Positions 19,048 to 28,588 of a stretch of DNA of 64,000 bases are shown piece by piece. The stretch is from NCBI GenBank assembly GCA_965243305.1, contig CBDEUN010000003.1, positions 1,669,845 to 1,733,844 of the forward strand, read 5' to 3'. Origin of the DNA: Arenicellales bacterium. Lineage in GTDB: Bacteria > Pseudomonadota > Gammaproteobacteria > Arenicellales > JAJDZL01. Every line of letters starts with the position of its first letter. The stretch's first letter is position 1. The translations under genes and the position numbers were made by a program. The notes below the pieces were generated by a model that worked only from the letters and a program-made list of their open reading frames with translations, did not search any database and was not told where the DNA came from.

Positions 19048-20805
19048 CCCTAATCCTCAGTTAGAGACTGCCAGCGGCGGCTAAGGCGAGATTTTCGGCA
19101 CTCTGGCGGTTCGAAGCGCCAGGATTTTCCAAACCATCAAGCCACACACCGAAATCGGTGACCATTTTACCCGGCTGAACCCACTGCGAAGCGAATCTGG
19201 CGGCTCAGCAGCAAATCCGGCGCAAGCCTGTCCCTGACAGTAGACTGACTGCCATGATCTGTAGTGTAAAGCCGTTTCAGAACGAATGAGAAGTCAGGAC
19301 AGGCTGCAGCGGCGGATGGCCCAAAGCGACTGTTCCAGGACAGGAAGTTTGGCCGCACTGACTTTCAGGGTCCACTGCCGCGCATGGCGAACCACCTGTC
19401 CGGCCATCGCATACAGTCGGTGACGGAAACTGATCGCCCGCACGCCATACCACTCCTGCGGCAGTTTCATGCGCATCAGCGCAAGCAGATTGAAGGCAAT
19501 CGAAGACAGAAGCAGGTACGCGACATTGGCTTTGAACTCGCCGCACGGCAGATGCGCCGCGCTGAAGTCACTGCGAATTTCCTTGAGCCGGTTTTCCGAG
19601 CTGTCCCCTCTCTGGTTGTACCACCATACAATCTCGCCGTCACTGAAGCGGTCCAGGTCCAGATCGGTCGCAATCGCCCGGTAGATGTACCTGCCGCTGA
19701 CCGCACTTTGCACATCGACCTGGTGCAGGCCTTCATTTTTGAAAACCATCTTCAGCTGCTCAGTCCCGTCAGGCATCCCAGCGTCGGCCGGCAGCTTGTC
19801 CCGCACCCGTTTTTTCTGCACCACCAGACAGAAAGCCTCAGGCACATCTTCCATCACATGCAGCGTACGGGCCAGATACTCGCCTTCCAATACCGCACCG
19901 TCGGCATTCACAACCGCATTCCAATCCTCATCCTTAATGTCCAGTACCGTTTTCTTCACCGCACTGTCCATCTTCGCCCGAATCGCAAAACGGATGCCGT
20001 GTGCGCGGCAATCATTGATGATGCCCGCCTGATAGGAGGCGGCATCGGCCCGGAAGCGAGTGACACCCACCCCTTCGGGCAGCGCCGCGCGGCAGCGCCG
20101 GAAAAACTCAACATTCTCAGCCCCAGGCGGCACATTGCCCTCGCGAAGCTCAGCCGCAGCCACCTGACCGGTCTCGGCAATGTGACCGAACATCGGCATG
20201 TACCCGCGATGCTTCTTATACGTCCACTTCGCGTCTTTTTTCTTCGACCGAATCGCCGATGCGTCAATGTCCAAAGTGACGCACTTTCGATCACCCAGCG
20301 TCGCTTTCATCACCGCGCGGTTGACCTGCTCGAGAACCGAGATCATCTGTCGACTGTCGCCGACTCTGTGAAGCCATCCACCCAGCGTCGTGGCACAGGG
20401 AATCGTCCCAAAACCCAACAGCTTCATCAGCGCCGGTTCACTGCGCAGGTGGCGCACATCGTCGATGCACCCCGCACCTTCGTGGAACATCAGCATGAAG
20501 GTATTGAAAATGGCGCTGTGCCGGTAGCCTCGATTGCTGCCGGGTGTGGGCATTGACGAATCAATGAGCTGTGACAGCTCAAGGCGCTTGAGCAGTTCGG
20601 CTGGCACCACCAGACCGGCTCTGGAGGTGAAATTGTGGCAGCTTGCCGCAGTGTTGTATGGTAGAATCTTCATAAGCCTTGCGAAATCTGAGAGCCGTTT
20701 CGAATTCACCCATTGGGTGAATGCCGAATTGGGCGTTTTTTTCAATATCTCTCTGATTTTACAGGGCTTTATCATTTTCTGCAACTTTTTATTTGCGGAT
20801 CAGGG
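19048..20805 (-). mobile_element. IS1380-family insertion sequence, copy A (1758 bp)
   Basis: Ends CCCTAATCC ... GGATCAGGG (imperfect IR). Flanked by 5-bp direct repeat AAATT (19043-19047 and 20806-20810). A second copy, identical at both ends and in every ORF translation, lies at 54348-56105. Confidence 0.85.
19294..20784 (-). CDS. IS1380-family DDE transposase
   Basis: FTSRAGLVVPAELLKRLELSQLID N-terminal pattern, LDIDAS...GYMP...RADAASY DDE region. The true start may be the internal MKILPYN (20670). Confidence 0.8.
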   Translation of the reverse strand: MQKMIKPCKIREILKKTPNSAFTQWVNSKRLSDFARLMKILPYNTAASCHNFTSRAGLVVPAELLKRLELSQLIDSSMPTPGSNRGYRHSAIFNTFMLMFHEGAGCIDDVRHLRSEPALMKLLGFGTIPCATTLGGWLHRVGDSRQMISVLEQVNRAVMKATLGDRKCVTLDIDASAIRSKKKDAKWTYKKHRGYMPMFGHIAETGQVAAAELREGNVPPGAENVEFFRRCRAALPEGVGVTRFRADAASYQAGIINDCRAHGIRFAIRAKMDSAVKKTVLDIKDEDWNAVVNADGAVLEGEYLARTLHVMEDVPEAFCLVVQKKRVRDKLPADAGMPDGTEQLKMVFKNEGLHQVDVQSAVSGRYIYRAIATDLDLDRFSDGEIVWWYNQRGDSSENRLKEIRSDFSAAHLPCGEFKANVAYLLLSSIAFNLLALMRMKLPQEWYGVRAISFRHRLYAMAGQVVRHARQWTLKVSAAKLPVLEQSLWAIRRCSLS

Positions 20806-21053
20806 AAATTCAGCTATATTTCGTTGAATTACACTCCTTGAATAAATCTACTCTCTAAATTTGGGTATATCGAGCGTACCCTTATGCCTGAATGAACATA
20901 TTCGAAGTTGAATGTTATTGGGTTGGAGATTATGGTGAAGAGTGCACTCCAGTCACCGTATCTTAAGAATAGGATACCAGTGAAAATGTTTCACATTTAA
21001 TTGATATTGTTAGACTTCGTCGTGATAAATTACAGTTTAGACTTCTATTCATT

Positions 21054-21119
21054 CCGAGATAGACGGCTTCATATTCCGAATTGGACGGTTGTTTATGCCT
21101 GATTGGACGGAAATATCCC
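21054..21119 (+). repeat. Three tandem 22-bp iteron-like units (core GA(T/A)(T/A)GGACGG-like)
   Basis: CCGAGATAGACGGCTTCATATT / CCGAATTGGACGGTTGTTTATG / CCTGATTGGACGGAAATATCCC at exact 22-bp spacing in an AT-rich non-coding stretch. Confidence 0.5.
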
Positions 21120-21499
21120 AAACGTAATTTAATTGACAAAATTGTCTGATTGAAGCAATACGCATTGAGAAGGTAAAGAAGTATTTTCTTAATCTCTTCT
21201 TCGGACATCGGCTACAATCTTTTATTCCTCCATTTCTGACTGAAGTCTACGATTTCAGTCCGTGTCAAATTGCTTATTTTTTGTTAACGACCTCGATTTG
21301 TGGTTGTTCAGTACTGAAAATCCAAGCAAGAAACAAAATCAAAAGCCGTGCATTAACCTGGTAAGAGTTGAGCGACCAGCTCAATTCCTACCTTCGATTT
21401 AGAGTTATTGTTCGGTTATTTCAGTACGATTTTCTTACAACAGTGTGAGGAAAATCGACCAGAACGAAGCGGGGTAGATAAACGTGTGGAGGATAAATT

Positions 21500-21997
21500 A
21501 TGTTGGTCACTTTTTTCTGGCATATGCGGGAGTACTGGTTTAACAATGAAGTCAGAAAGGGTCTGATGCGCAGGGCTGCCCTTCTTTGTATTGAGGAAGG
21601 GAATGAACAAACTTTCGCAGATTTGGCGCTGGTAGCAAAGCAATTGCTGCCTAGAGCGTGGAAACTGGAATTCATTAGGGCTACCGCAGTCTACTTCTGC
21701 GCGGTAAATTCCGCGCTCACTATCAAACTGTTGAACGAGAAAGTGCAAAACCTGCTGGATGGGGATGAGGACATGGAGAGAGTTCTGACAGAATGGGAGT
21801 ATGTTGAGACCGAATCTGAGGCAATGAAATCAAGGCTGGATAAAGTGAATGGTACATTCAGCCTAAGTGAAGTGGCGATCGAACTCGCAAAGCGTCTTGA
21901 ATCAGTTGATGTCAAGATCGCATATGGCGATGTCGTTTATTATGCGAACTTGGTAATCACACAATGGAACCGGGTTGAAGATCGTACGACAGCTTGA
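21500..21997 (+). CDS. Hypothetical protein (165 aa), no recognisable domain
   Basis: ATG preceded by GGAGG at 7-nt spacing. Acidic helical protein with no motif I recognise. Confidence 0.45.
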   Translation: MLVTFFWHMREYWFNNEVRKGLMRRAALLCIEEGNEQTFADLALVAKQLLPRAWKLEFIRATAVYFCAVNSALTIKLLNEKVQNLLDGDEDMERVLTEWEYVETESEAMKSRLDKVNGTFSLSEVAIELAKRLESVDVKIAYGDVVYYANLVITQWNRVEDRTTA

Positions 21998-22072
21998 TTC
22001 CGGCGTTTCGTTCACACTGGTAGCGTGAAGGTTGAATAAAATGCTAGTTTTTGTATCAGTTGAGTCGCGAAA

Positions 22073-22774
22073 ATGAAACAGGAAAAGCAAAAGAATGGAA
22101 GTGACTGGAAAACTGCCTACCGGTCGTTTTACTATGCCAATGCGGAAGAACCCGACGATATTAAACTGGACCCGTCGAAAACTGCCTTGCTGGTCATTGA
22201 CATTCAAAATACCTATATGCAGCCGAAGGAAAGCAATGAAGAAACCCAGAGGTGGCAGCCGTTTTACGAACGAATGAATAACGTCGTCATTCCGAATACC
22301 GCTCGGCTGATCGCTGAATGCAAAAGCAGGGGAGTTGAAGTGATATTTGCGCGCATCGCTTGTCACAAGACTGATGGTAGAGATCGCTCACTGAGTCAAA
22401 AAAAGCCCGGTTTCAATTACCTTCTGATTCCAAAGAATGCCGAAGAAGGTCAGTTTGTGCCAGAATTGACTCCCGGGGACGATGACATCGTGGTCATCAA
22501 AACAACTGACAGCGCATTGACTGGAACCAATCTTCGGTTGATGCTACGAAACATGGAAATCACCGATGTGATTGCAACAGGAATTTTTACTGACCAGTGC
22601 GTCTCATCGACAGTTCGGAGTCTGGCTGACGAAAGCTTTGGTGTGGTCCTGGTTGATGACTGTTGTGCAGCGGCGACGGACGAACTGCACCAGCATGAAC
22701 TGGAGATCATTAACATGATTTACTGTCATGTCGTCCAGTCTGATGAAGTGCTGACATTTTTTGCGAACGACTGA
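22073..22774 (+). CDS. Isochorismatase-family cysteine hydrolase
   Basis: ALLVIDIQNTY (Asp), conserved Lys region, and TGIFTDQCVSST catalytic Cys motif. Confidence 0.8.
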   Translation: MKQEKQKNGSDWKTAYRSFYYANAEEPDDIKLDPSKTALLVIDIQNTYMQPKESNEETQRWQPFYERMNNVVIPNTARLIAECKSRGVEVIFARIACHKTDGRDRSLSQKKPGFNYLLIPKNAEEGQFVPELTPGDDDIVVIKTTDSALTGTNLRLMLRNMEITDVIATGIFTDQCVSSTVRSLADESFGVVLVDDCCAAATDELHQHELEIINMIYCHVVQSDEVLTFFAND

Positions 22775-22785
22775 GCACAGGCTTC

Positions 22786-24027
22786 CTAGGAGTCTTCATT
22801 AATCCTTTGGAGTAAATGAACGACATTTGTTGTTGCAATCCCTGAGTGGCAGTCAGCAACAGCCTTTCGCAATTCGCGTTTCGGCTGTAATTCGCTGAAG
22901 TAGGTGCCGCTGAGCAATCGGTAAAGGGTGATGACTTGCGCAATGCCCGTTGCGCCTGGTGCTCCGCCTTGTCCGATTAGTCCGCCAGACAGATTGATTG
23001 GCAGGTGACCTTTCGCACTGAAAACACCTTCCTCAAGCTTCAGTCCCGCTTCACCCGGGTTGCATAATTCAAGTGCTTCGATCGCTTGAAGTTCAGCTCC
23101 GCTGAAAGCATCGTAGACTTCAGCAACATCTATTTCAGATCTTGGGTCCTCAATTCCCGCCATTCCACAGGCAAGACGTGCGGCTTTATTTTTGGCAGAA
23201 AACCATCCAGGATCATAACGGTCTCCGAGACGAACATAGTCAGTGCTGCAGGCAGAACCTGTGATCTGAACCAGTGGAGGGTGTCCATTGCGTTCTGGAT
23301 CAAAGTGTTGTGGGTTGGAAAGTACAACTGCGGCGGCACCGTCACTAATAAGCGAACAGTCCAATAATCGATATGGATCACTAATTAGCTTTGACGCTGC
23401 TACATCGCCAACGGTGATTTCCTTCGGGTTGTGTGCATAACGGTTGTAGACGGCGTTGCCGTGATTCTTGACCGAAACTTTTGCAGCCCACAACGGGTCG
23501 ATTGCGTATCGCTCACAGTAAGATTGATAGGATAGTGCGTAAAGTGCAGCAGTGCTGACACCCGCCCAGCCTTCAAGATCGGCATCAAAAGAAAGACTGT
23601 AGACTTGTTGCACACCGCTTCGACTGAGTCGGCTAGCGGTCTGTTCGAAACCCACAACAAGCACATTTTTTGCACAACCTGATGTGATCAGTGCGAATCC
23701 TTGATGTATCGCTGCTGCTCCGCTTGCGCCACCGGCTTCAACGTGGACAGCCGACGCAAATTGCAAACCTACTTCATCTGCAATCAGTGCGGCGGGGCTG
23801 ATCTGCAGCGAAAGCATATCGCTTTCATTTGCAACAATGACTGCGTCAATTTCTGAATGTTGGAGTCCAGATTCCTGGATAGCTTCATTACAAACTCTTC
23901 GACACCAATCGCGAAAATTGGAACCATCCTTGTAATGTCCGAATGGAATCATCGAAGCCCCGACAATCAGGGGCTTACTGTGAATGTCGATTGAACTTAG
24001 CCCGAAATCATTTTCTGAGGCAGCCAT
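22786..24027 (-). CDS. Thiolase-like protein (SCP-x / lipid-transfer type thiolase)
   Basis: 413 aa, thiolase N- and C-domain pattern (VEAGGASGAAAI, GGLIGQGGAPGATG). Start uncertain; it overlaps the dctM stop. Confidence 0.7.
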   Translation of the reverse strand: MAASENDFGLSSIDIHSKPLIVGASMIPFGHYKDGSNFRDWCRRVCNEAIQESGLQHSEIDAVIVANESDMLSLQISPAALIADEVGLQFASAVHVEAGGASGAAAIHQGFALITSGCAKNVLVVGFEQTASRLSRSGVQQVYSLSFDADLEGWAGVSTAALYALSYQSYCERYAIDPLWAAKVSVKNHGNAVYNRYAHNPKEITVGDVAASKLISDPYRLLDCSLISDGAAAVVLSNPQHFDPERNGHPPLVQITGSACSTDYVRLGDRYDPGWFSAKNKAARLACGMAGIEDPRSEIDVAEVYDAFSGAELQAIEALELCNPGEAGLKLEEGVFSAKGHLPINLSGGLIGQGGAPGATGIAQVITLYRLLSGTYFSELQPKRELRKAVADCHSGIATTNVVHLLQRINEDS

Positions 24028-25310
24028 GTGGCCAGCTCCGGAAACGCAATCAATAGCGCAAGTACAAGTATATCGAAGATGATGAAGGGCAGAACGCCCT
24101 TGGCGACATGATGAAATTCTGCCTTGTCTCCGACCGCACTGAGTACCGCAAACAGATTGATTCCGACCGGCGGTGTAATCACCGAAATCTCAATCAGTTT
24201 AACTACCACTATTCCAAACCAGATTGGATCAATGTTGAGTTCCACAACCACTGGAAATAGAAACGGCAGCGTTACCACCATCATGGAGGTGGTGTCCAGA
24301 AAGCAACCAAGTAGAATGTACAGAATGGAGACGAAGATCATGAATTTGAGGGGTGTGTCGGCAATTGTGGTGATGAAATCCACCAAACCGTCAATGACTC
24401 CGACCACAACCAACATTCTTGACAACAACAGGCCACCAATCAGAATGATAAAAATTACACAGCTGATGGACGCTGCATCGTAAAGCACGGGCGGTAACCA
24501 GCCTTTCAATGTTTTCTTCTTGGCGATTGCGAGGCAAAATGCGCCAAAAGCACCTGCAGCTCCCGCTGCGGATGGCGGAAATGTACCAGTGTAAATTCCG
24601 CCGAGCACGATGGCCATCAATATGAGGACAGGCCAAACGTAGATCATTGATCGCAGCTTTTCGCGAATTGCAATATCCTCGCCAATGGGCGGGGCCAGCT
24701 GCGGTCGAGTGCGCACGAGAACATACACACCAAAGAGATACATTGCGGCAGTCAACAAGCCTGGAATCACACCCGCGATGAGCAGCTGTCCAACCGATTG
24801 TTTAGTTACGATGGCATAAATGACCATGGTAATGGACGGCGGAATCATCGCAGCGAAACTGCCGGAACCGGCAATTGCACCGATCGAGAGACTCTTCGAA
24901 TAGCCAAATCTGAGCATCTGTGGAAATGCGATTCGAGTAAAGACAACTGCATTGACTGTTGTCGACCCCGAAATTGCGGCGAACACTGCTGATCCAACAA
25001 TCACTGCCTGATAGAGCCCGCCGCGAAATCTTCGAAGCCAAAGGTCGGAGGCGTAGAAAACATCACGGGTGATGCCCGATGATTCTGCCAGAACCCCCAT
25101 CAGAACAAACATTGGCAGAACGGCAAATGCATAGTTGTTGACGACCCAGAACGGCAGCACTTTCAGTTGCCCCCAGGTGAAAAGTTCTCCAGCTCCGAGA
25201 AGCATTCCACCGATGCCGATAGCGCCCATTGCGACTCCGACGGGGATGCCAGCTGCCAAAAAGAAAAGAAGCAATCCGGCTCCGAGGTATCCGACCAATA
25301 CGGGGTCCAT
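23997..25310 (-). CDS. dctM: TRAP transporter large permease subunit
   Basis: About 437 aa polytopic protein with MDPVLVGYLGAGLLLFFLAAGIPVGVAMG N-terminus typical of DctM. Sits directly after dctQ. Confidence 0.85.
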   Translation of the reverse strand: MDPVLVGYLGAGLLLFFLAAGIPVGVAMGAIGIGGMLLGAGELFTWGQLKVLPFWVVNNYAFAVLPMFVLMGVLAESSGITRDVFYASDLWLRRFRGGLYQAVIVGSAVFAAISGSTTVNAVVFTRIAFPQMLRFGYSKSLSIGAIAGSGSFAAMIPPSITMVIYAIVTKQSVGQLLIAGVIPGLLTAAMYLFGVYVLVRTRPQLAPPIGEDIAIREKLRSMIYVWPVLILMAIVLGGIYTGTFPPSAAGAAGAFGAFCLAIAKKKTLKGWLPPVLYDAASISCVIFIILIGGLLLSRMLVVVGVIDGLVDFITTIADTPLKFMIFVSILYILLGCFLDTTSMMVVTLPFLFPVVVELNIDPIWFGIVVVKLIEISVITPPVGINLFAVLSAVGDKAEFHHVAKGVLPFIIFDILVLALLIAFPELATWLPQKMISG

Positions 25311-25311
25311 A

Positions 25312-25851
25312 TTAGAATTCTTCCTCTTCTCGGGGTGGTTCCACGGAGCGGGTGCTGAACTTTTCCGAAAATACGCCAACAATGTCAAACAGGCACTGAA
25401 CTGTCATAAGCGTGACACCGAACGCTAACACAAATCGAGCCGGCCACAGCGGAAAGTTAATCACCCCGGTTGCATATTCACCGACGTTATATCCGTGAAT
25501 TGCTGCTGGCCAAGCAAAGCGTGCGATAAAGCCAAAGACCATTGCTGAGAGAGCGAATTGAATTACATCTGCCACCTTTTGCCAGGAAATAGGCAAGCGC
25601 CGTACCAATAGTTCGACGCGAATATGGCGACGGTCATGTTGTGCAAACGATACGGCCAGAAAGACCGTTACCACCATCATTGCACCCATGAATTCGAAAG
25701 TTGCAGGGATGGGTCTGCTTCGCAGACCAACAACATCCAGGTTGGTTGCAATAACGTCTGCGGCACCCGCGATCATCATCAGCAGGATTGAAATGCCTGA
25801 GGCCACTGCGGCAACGCGAGTGAATTTAATCAGCCATTTTGCCGGAGACAT
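25312..25851 (-). CDS. dctQ: TRAP transporter small permease subunit
   Basis: 179 aa, 4 TM segments, positioned between dctP and dctM. Confidence 0.8.
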   Translation of the reverse strand: MSPAKWLIKFTRVAAVASGISILLMMIAGAADVIATNLDVVGLRSRPIPATFEFMGAMMVVTVFLAVSFAQHDRRHIRVELLVRRLPISWQKVADVIQFALSAMVFGFIARFAWPAAIHGYNVGEYATGVINFPLWPARFVLAFGVTLMTVQCLFDIVGVFSEKFSTRSVEPPREEEEF

Positions 25852-25879
25852 CGTAAAACAGTCGAATGAATAAGAAATT

Positions 25880-25913
25880 GCGAGTCCCGAAACGGATTAG
25901 TGTCGGGACTCGC
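25880..25913 (-). promoter_or_regulatory. Intercistronic stem-loop between dctP and dctQ
   Basis: 11-bp perfect stem GCGAGTCCCGA / TCGGGACTCGC with a 12-nt loop, in the 88-nt gap between the binding-protein and permease genes. Confidence 0.55.
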
Positions 25914-25939
25914 ATCAACAAGTGGTTGATTATTTTGGT

Positions 25940-26962
25940 TTAGTTTGCGACCACTTCCCGCCAGATCTGAATCGTTTTCTCAGCGTCTTCGCCGCGGCCG
26001 AGTGCAGTCATGTCCGCGATAAAGTCGGCAAAGAAGTCGGGGTTAGCGGCGCGCCACTTAGCCGCCTCTTCTGCAGGAAAATCGTGGAATTGAACACCAT
26101 TTTCCTTGAGAATGCCAATCGCTTCTTCACCCGCAGCCAGTACTTGGTCACGGTCGCGTCTTGCTGCTTCAAAAGACAGTTCTGTAATGATTGCCCTTTG
26201 CTCATCGGTAAAACCATTCCAGATATTGCTGGAAATCCAGACCGCATTGGTTGGACCTTCCCACAGCGTGATGTAGTGAATATGCTTTGCTACTTCGTAA
26301 ATCTTGTAGCTGACCATCAGATCGACAGAGAACGGAATACAGTCGACTGTTCCTTTCTGAAGCCCTTCATAGAGCTCTGCAAGACCTAGAGTAACTGCAA
26401 CGCCGCCCGCAGCTTCGACCATTCGCGGCATGTCTTTGCCCCAAGTTCGAACTTTTCTGCCGTTCATATCGGCAACACTCATTGCGGGTTCCTTACATAC
26501 CAGCAGATATGGATTAAGATGATGGAAAAACAGTGCTTTCATTCCATTTCGTTGCGCTTCCATATCGAATTCTGGAACTTCCTGCAGCAGTCGTTCCATC
26601 AATTCGGTAGCCTGTGGTACTTCAGACATGGCCATCGGGATGGAGTTTGGCGCTGCATGAAAAGGCAGTTCTGCGGGAAAGTATCCAGGAGACATGGCCG
26701 CAAGCTCAATTGCGCCTTCCTGAATCAGTCCAAGATTTTCCTTTCCTTTGCCCAGCTGGCCTTCCCAGAAAATCTTGATGTCAACTTCACCGTTGGTGCG
26801 CTCTCTAATCTGATCTGCCCACCAAAGATCAACCTGACCGCCAGGGGTGTTTTCAGTCCACTGGCTACTCATCTTCAGCATTTTTGCTGATACTATACCG
26901 GACGCGCCAAAAATCAAAAGCGCAGCCAGACAGCTAACTAAAATTGTTTGAATCTTTCTCAT
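25940..26962 (-). CDS. dctP: TRAP transporter substrate-binding protein
   Basis: 340 aa with signal peptide (LVSCLAALLIFGASGIVSA) and a DctP-family core. Confidence 0.85.
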   Translation of the reverse strand: MRKIQTILVSCLAALLIFGASGIVSAKMLKMSSQWTENTPGGQVDLWWADQIRERTNGEVDIKIFWEGQLGKGKENLGLIQEGAIELAAMSPGYFPAELPFHAAPNSIPMAMSEVPQATELMERLLQEVPEFDMEAQRNGMKALFFHHLNPYLLVCKEPAMSVADMNGRKVRTWGKDMPRMVEAAGGVAVTLGLAELYEGLQKGTVDCIPFSVDLMVSYKIYEVAKHIHYITLWEGPTNAVWISSNIWNGFTDEQRAIITELSFEAARRDRDQVLAAGEEAIGILKENGVQFHDFPAEEAAKWRAANPDFFADFIADMTALGRGEDAEKTIQIWREVVAN

Positions 26963-27129
26963 TACAAGCCTCCAAATTGAAAATTAACATTTAATTTGTG
27001 TAATTTCAGAATATACCGCAAATATATTTAGCAACAACTGGTTATTTTCTGCATGGGTGGCCGTGCAGGCGAATCTGAAAGCCCAGAATTTGTAGCGAAA
27101 GGAATATTGTCATTAGATCGGATGCATAG

Positions 27130-28554
27130 ATGGATAACAGCGAATCAGCGTTGATACAGGGATTGCGCAGCATCGTTGGCGATGCCAATGTGTTGCTTGG
27201 CGAGCAGATCTCAGACAATTTTCTCAAGGAGAGACGAGGTCGATACAGCAGTCAGACGATGGGTGTTGTCATGCCTGGAACGGTTGAGGAAGTTTCCGCG
27301 CTTGTTCGGTTTTGTAAAAATAAATTATTGCCGATTGTTCCACAAGGTGGAAATACAGGAGTCTGTGGTGGTGCAGTGTCAGTCAAAGACAGTGTGATCG
27401 TCAATTTAGCCCGTCTTAACCGAATTCGAAAAGTTGATGCAACGGGTTTTACGATCGAAGCAGAGGCTGGTTGCATCCTCGCGAATTTGCAGGCTGCGGC
27501 AAAGGAGAGCAATCTCTACCTACCACTTAGTCTTGGTGCTGAAGGGACCTGTCAAATCGGCGGGAATCTCTCAACGAATGCGGGTGGGGTGAATGTTCTG
27601 CGTTATGGCAATGCAAGAGATTTGGTGCTGGGGCTCGAAGTGGTACTGCCAAACGGAGAGATCTGGAACGGACTCAACGCACTTCGGAAAAACAATACCG
27701 GCTACGATCTAAAGAATCTCTTTGTGGGGGCTGAAGGTACACTGGGAATCATAACATCTGTAGTCTTGAAACTGTTTCCACTACCTGTCCATCGCTCGAC
27801 AGTACTGATTGCTATGGAATCAGTCGAGAACGCGGTGGAGCTATTCTCTCGGACGCGGAAAGAAACATCGGACTTTGCATCATCATTTGAGTTGATGTCG
27901 CGGGTTTGTGTGGAAGCGGCATTTCGAAACATACCAGATTGCAAAGATTTTTTTGATCAGCCATATCCCTGGTACGTGCTGATGGAACTTGGAGACAGCA
28001 CGCGGGATGGTATTTCTCAACAGCTTAGTGAGAGCTTTCTTGAAAGCGCGTTCGAAGATGGGATCGTCATTGATGCAGTGCTGGCTGCCAGTGAAAAGCA
28101 ATCACAGGAAATGTGGCGCCTGCGAGAAGCAATTGTTGAGGCACAACTCTATGAAGGCAAAAGCATCAAAAATGACGTCAGTGTCCCCCTGGACTGTATC
28201 GCCGAATTTGTGGAACAGTCTATCAGTACTCTCGAATCACTGATTCCGGGTATTAGACCATTTGCTTATGGGCACATCGGAGACGGAAATATTCACTTGA
28301 ATCTTAGCCAGCCTCGGGATATGGATGGCGATGAATTTTTTGGTCGCTGGCACGAAGTTACCGATATTGTTCACGAGATTACTGATGGGCTAAATGGCTC
28401 ATTTAGTGCGGAACACGGTATCGGACTTCTGAAGCTTCGTGAAATGACGCGCTACAAGTCTCCGGTGGAACTTGAACTCATGCGGTCCCTGAAGATGGCA
28501 CTTGACCCAGACAACATTATGAATCCCGGTAAGGTGCTGCCGGAATCAGGTTAG
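27130..28554 (+). CDS. FAD-linked oxidase (GlcD / D-2-hydroxyacid dehydrogenase family)
   Basis: FAD_binding_4 pattern (PQGGNTGVCGGAV), C-terminal FAD-oxidase domain (SAEHGIGLLK). Confidence 0.8.
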   Translation: MDNSESALIQGLRSIVGDANVLLGEQISDNFLKERRGRYSSQTMGVVMPGTVEEVSALVRFCKNKLLPIVPQGGNTGVCGGAVSVKDSVIVNLARLNRIRKVDATGFTIEAEAGCILANLQAAAKESNLYLPLSLGAEGTCQIGGNLSTNAGGVNVLRYGNARDLVLGLEVVLPNGEIWNGLNALRKNNTGYDLKNLFVGAEGTLGIITSVVLKLFPLPVHRSTVLIAMESVENAVELFSRTRKETSDFASSFELMSRVCVEAAFRNIPDCKDFFDQPYPWYVLMELGDSTRDGISQQLSESFLESAFEDGIVIDAVLAASEKQSQEMWRLREAIVEAQLYEGKSIKNDVSVPLDCIAEFVEQSISTLESLIPGIRPFAYGHIGDGNIHLNLSQPRDMDGDEFFGRWHEVTDIVHEITDGLNGSFSAEHGIGLLKLREMTRYKSPVELELMRSLKMALDPDNIMNPGKVLPESG

Positions 28555-28588
28555 CGGTTAGAGTCAAGCAAACGCTGCGTCAATTGGC

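Noticed and set aside
19384-20556. 390-aa ORF antisense to the IS1380 transposase (and its twin at 54684-55856), plus several other long overlapping ORFs
   Set aside because: These are typical shadow ORFs of a GC-rich gene. They are Arg/Pro/His-rich with no motifs, and the opposite strand has a clear DDE transposase.
20963-21208. 81-aa minus-strand ORF in the AT-rich patch right of IS1380-A
   Set aside because: It has an AT-rich low-complexity translation with no RBS or motif. The region is better described by the phased 22-bp repeats it overlaps.
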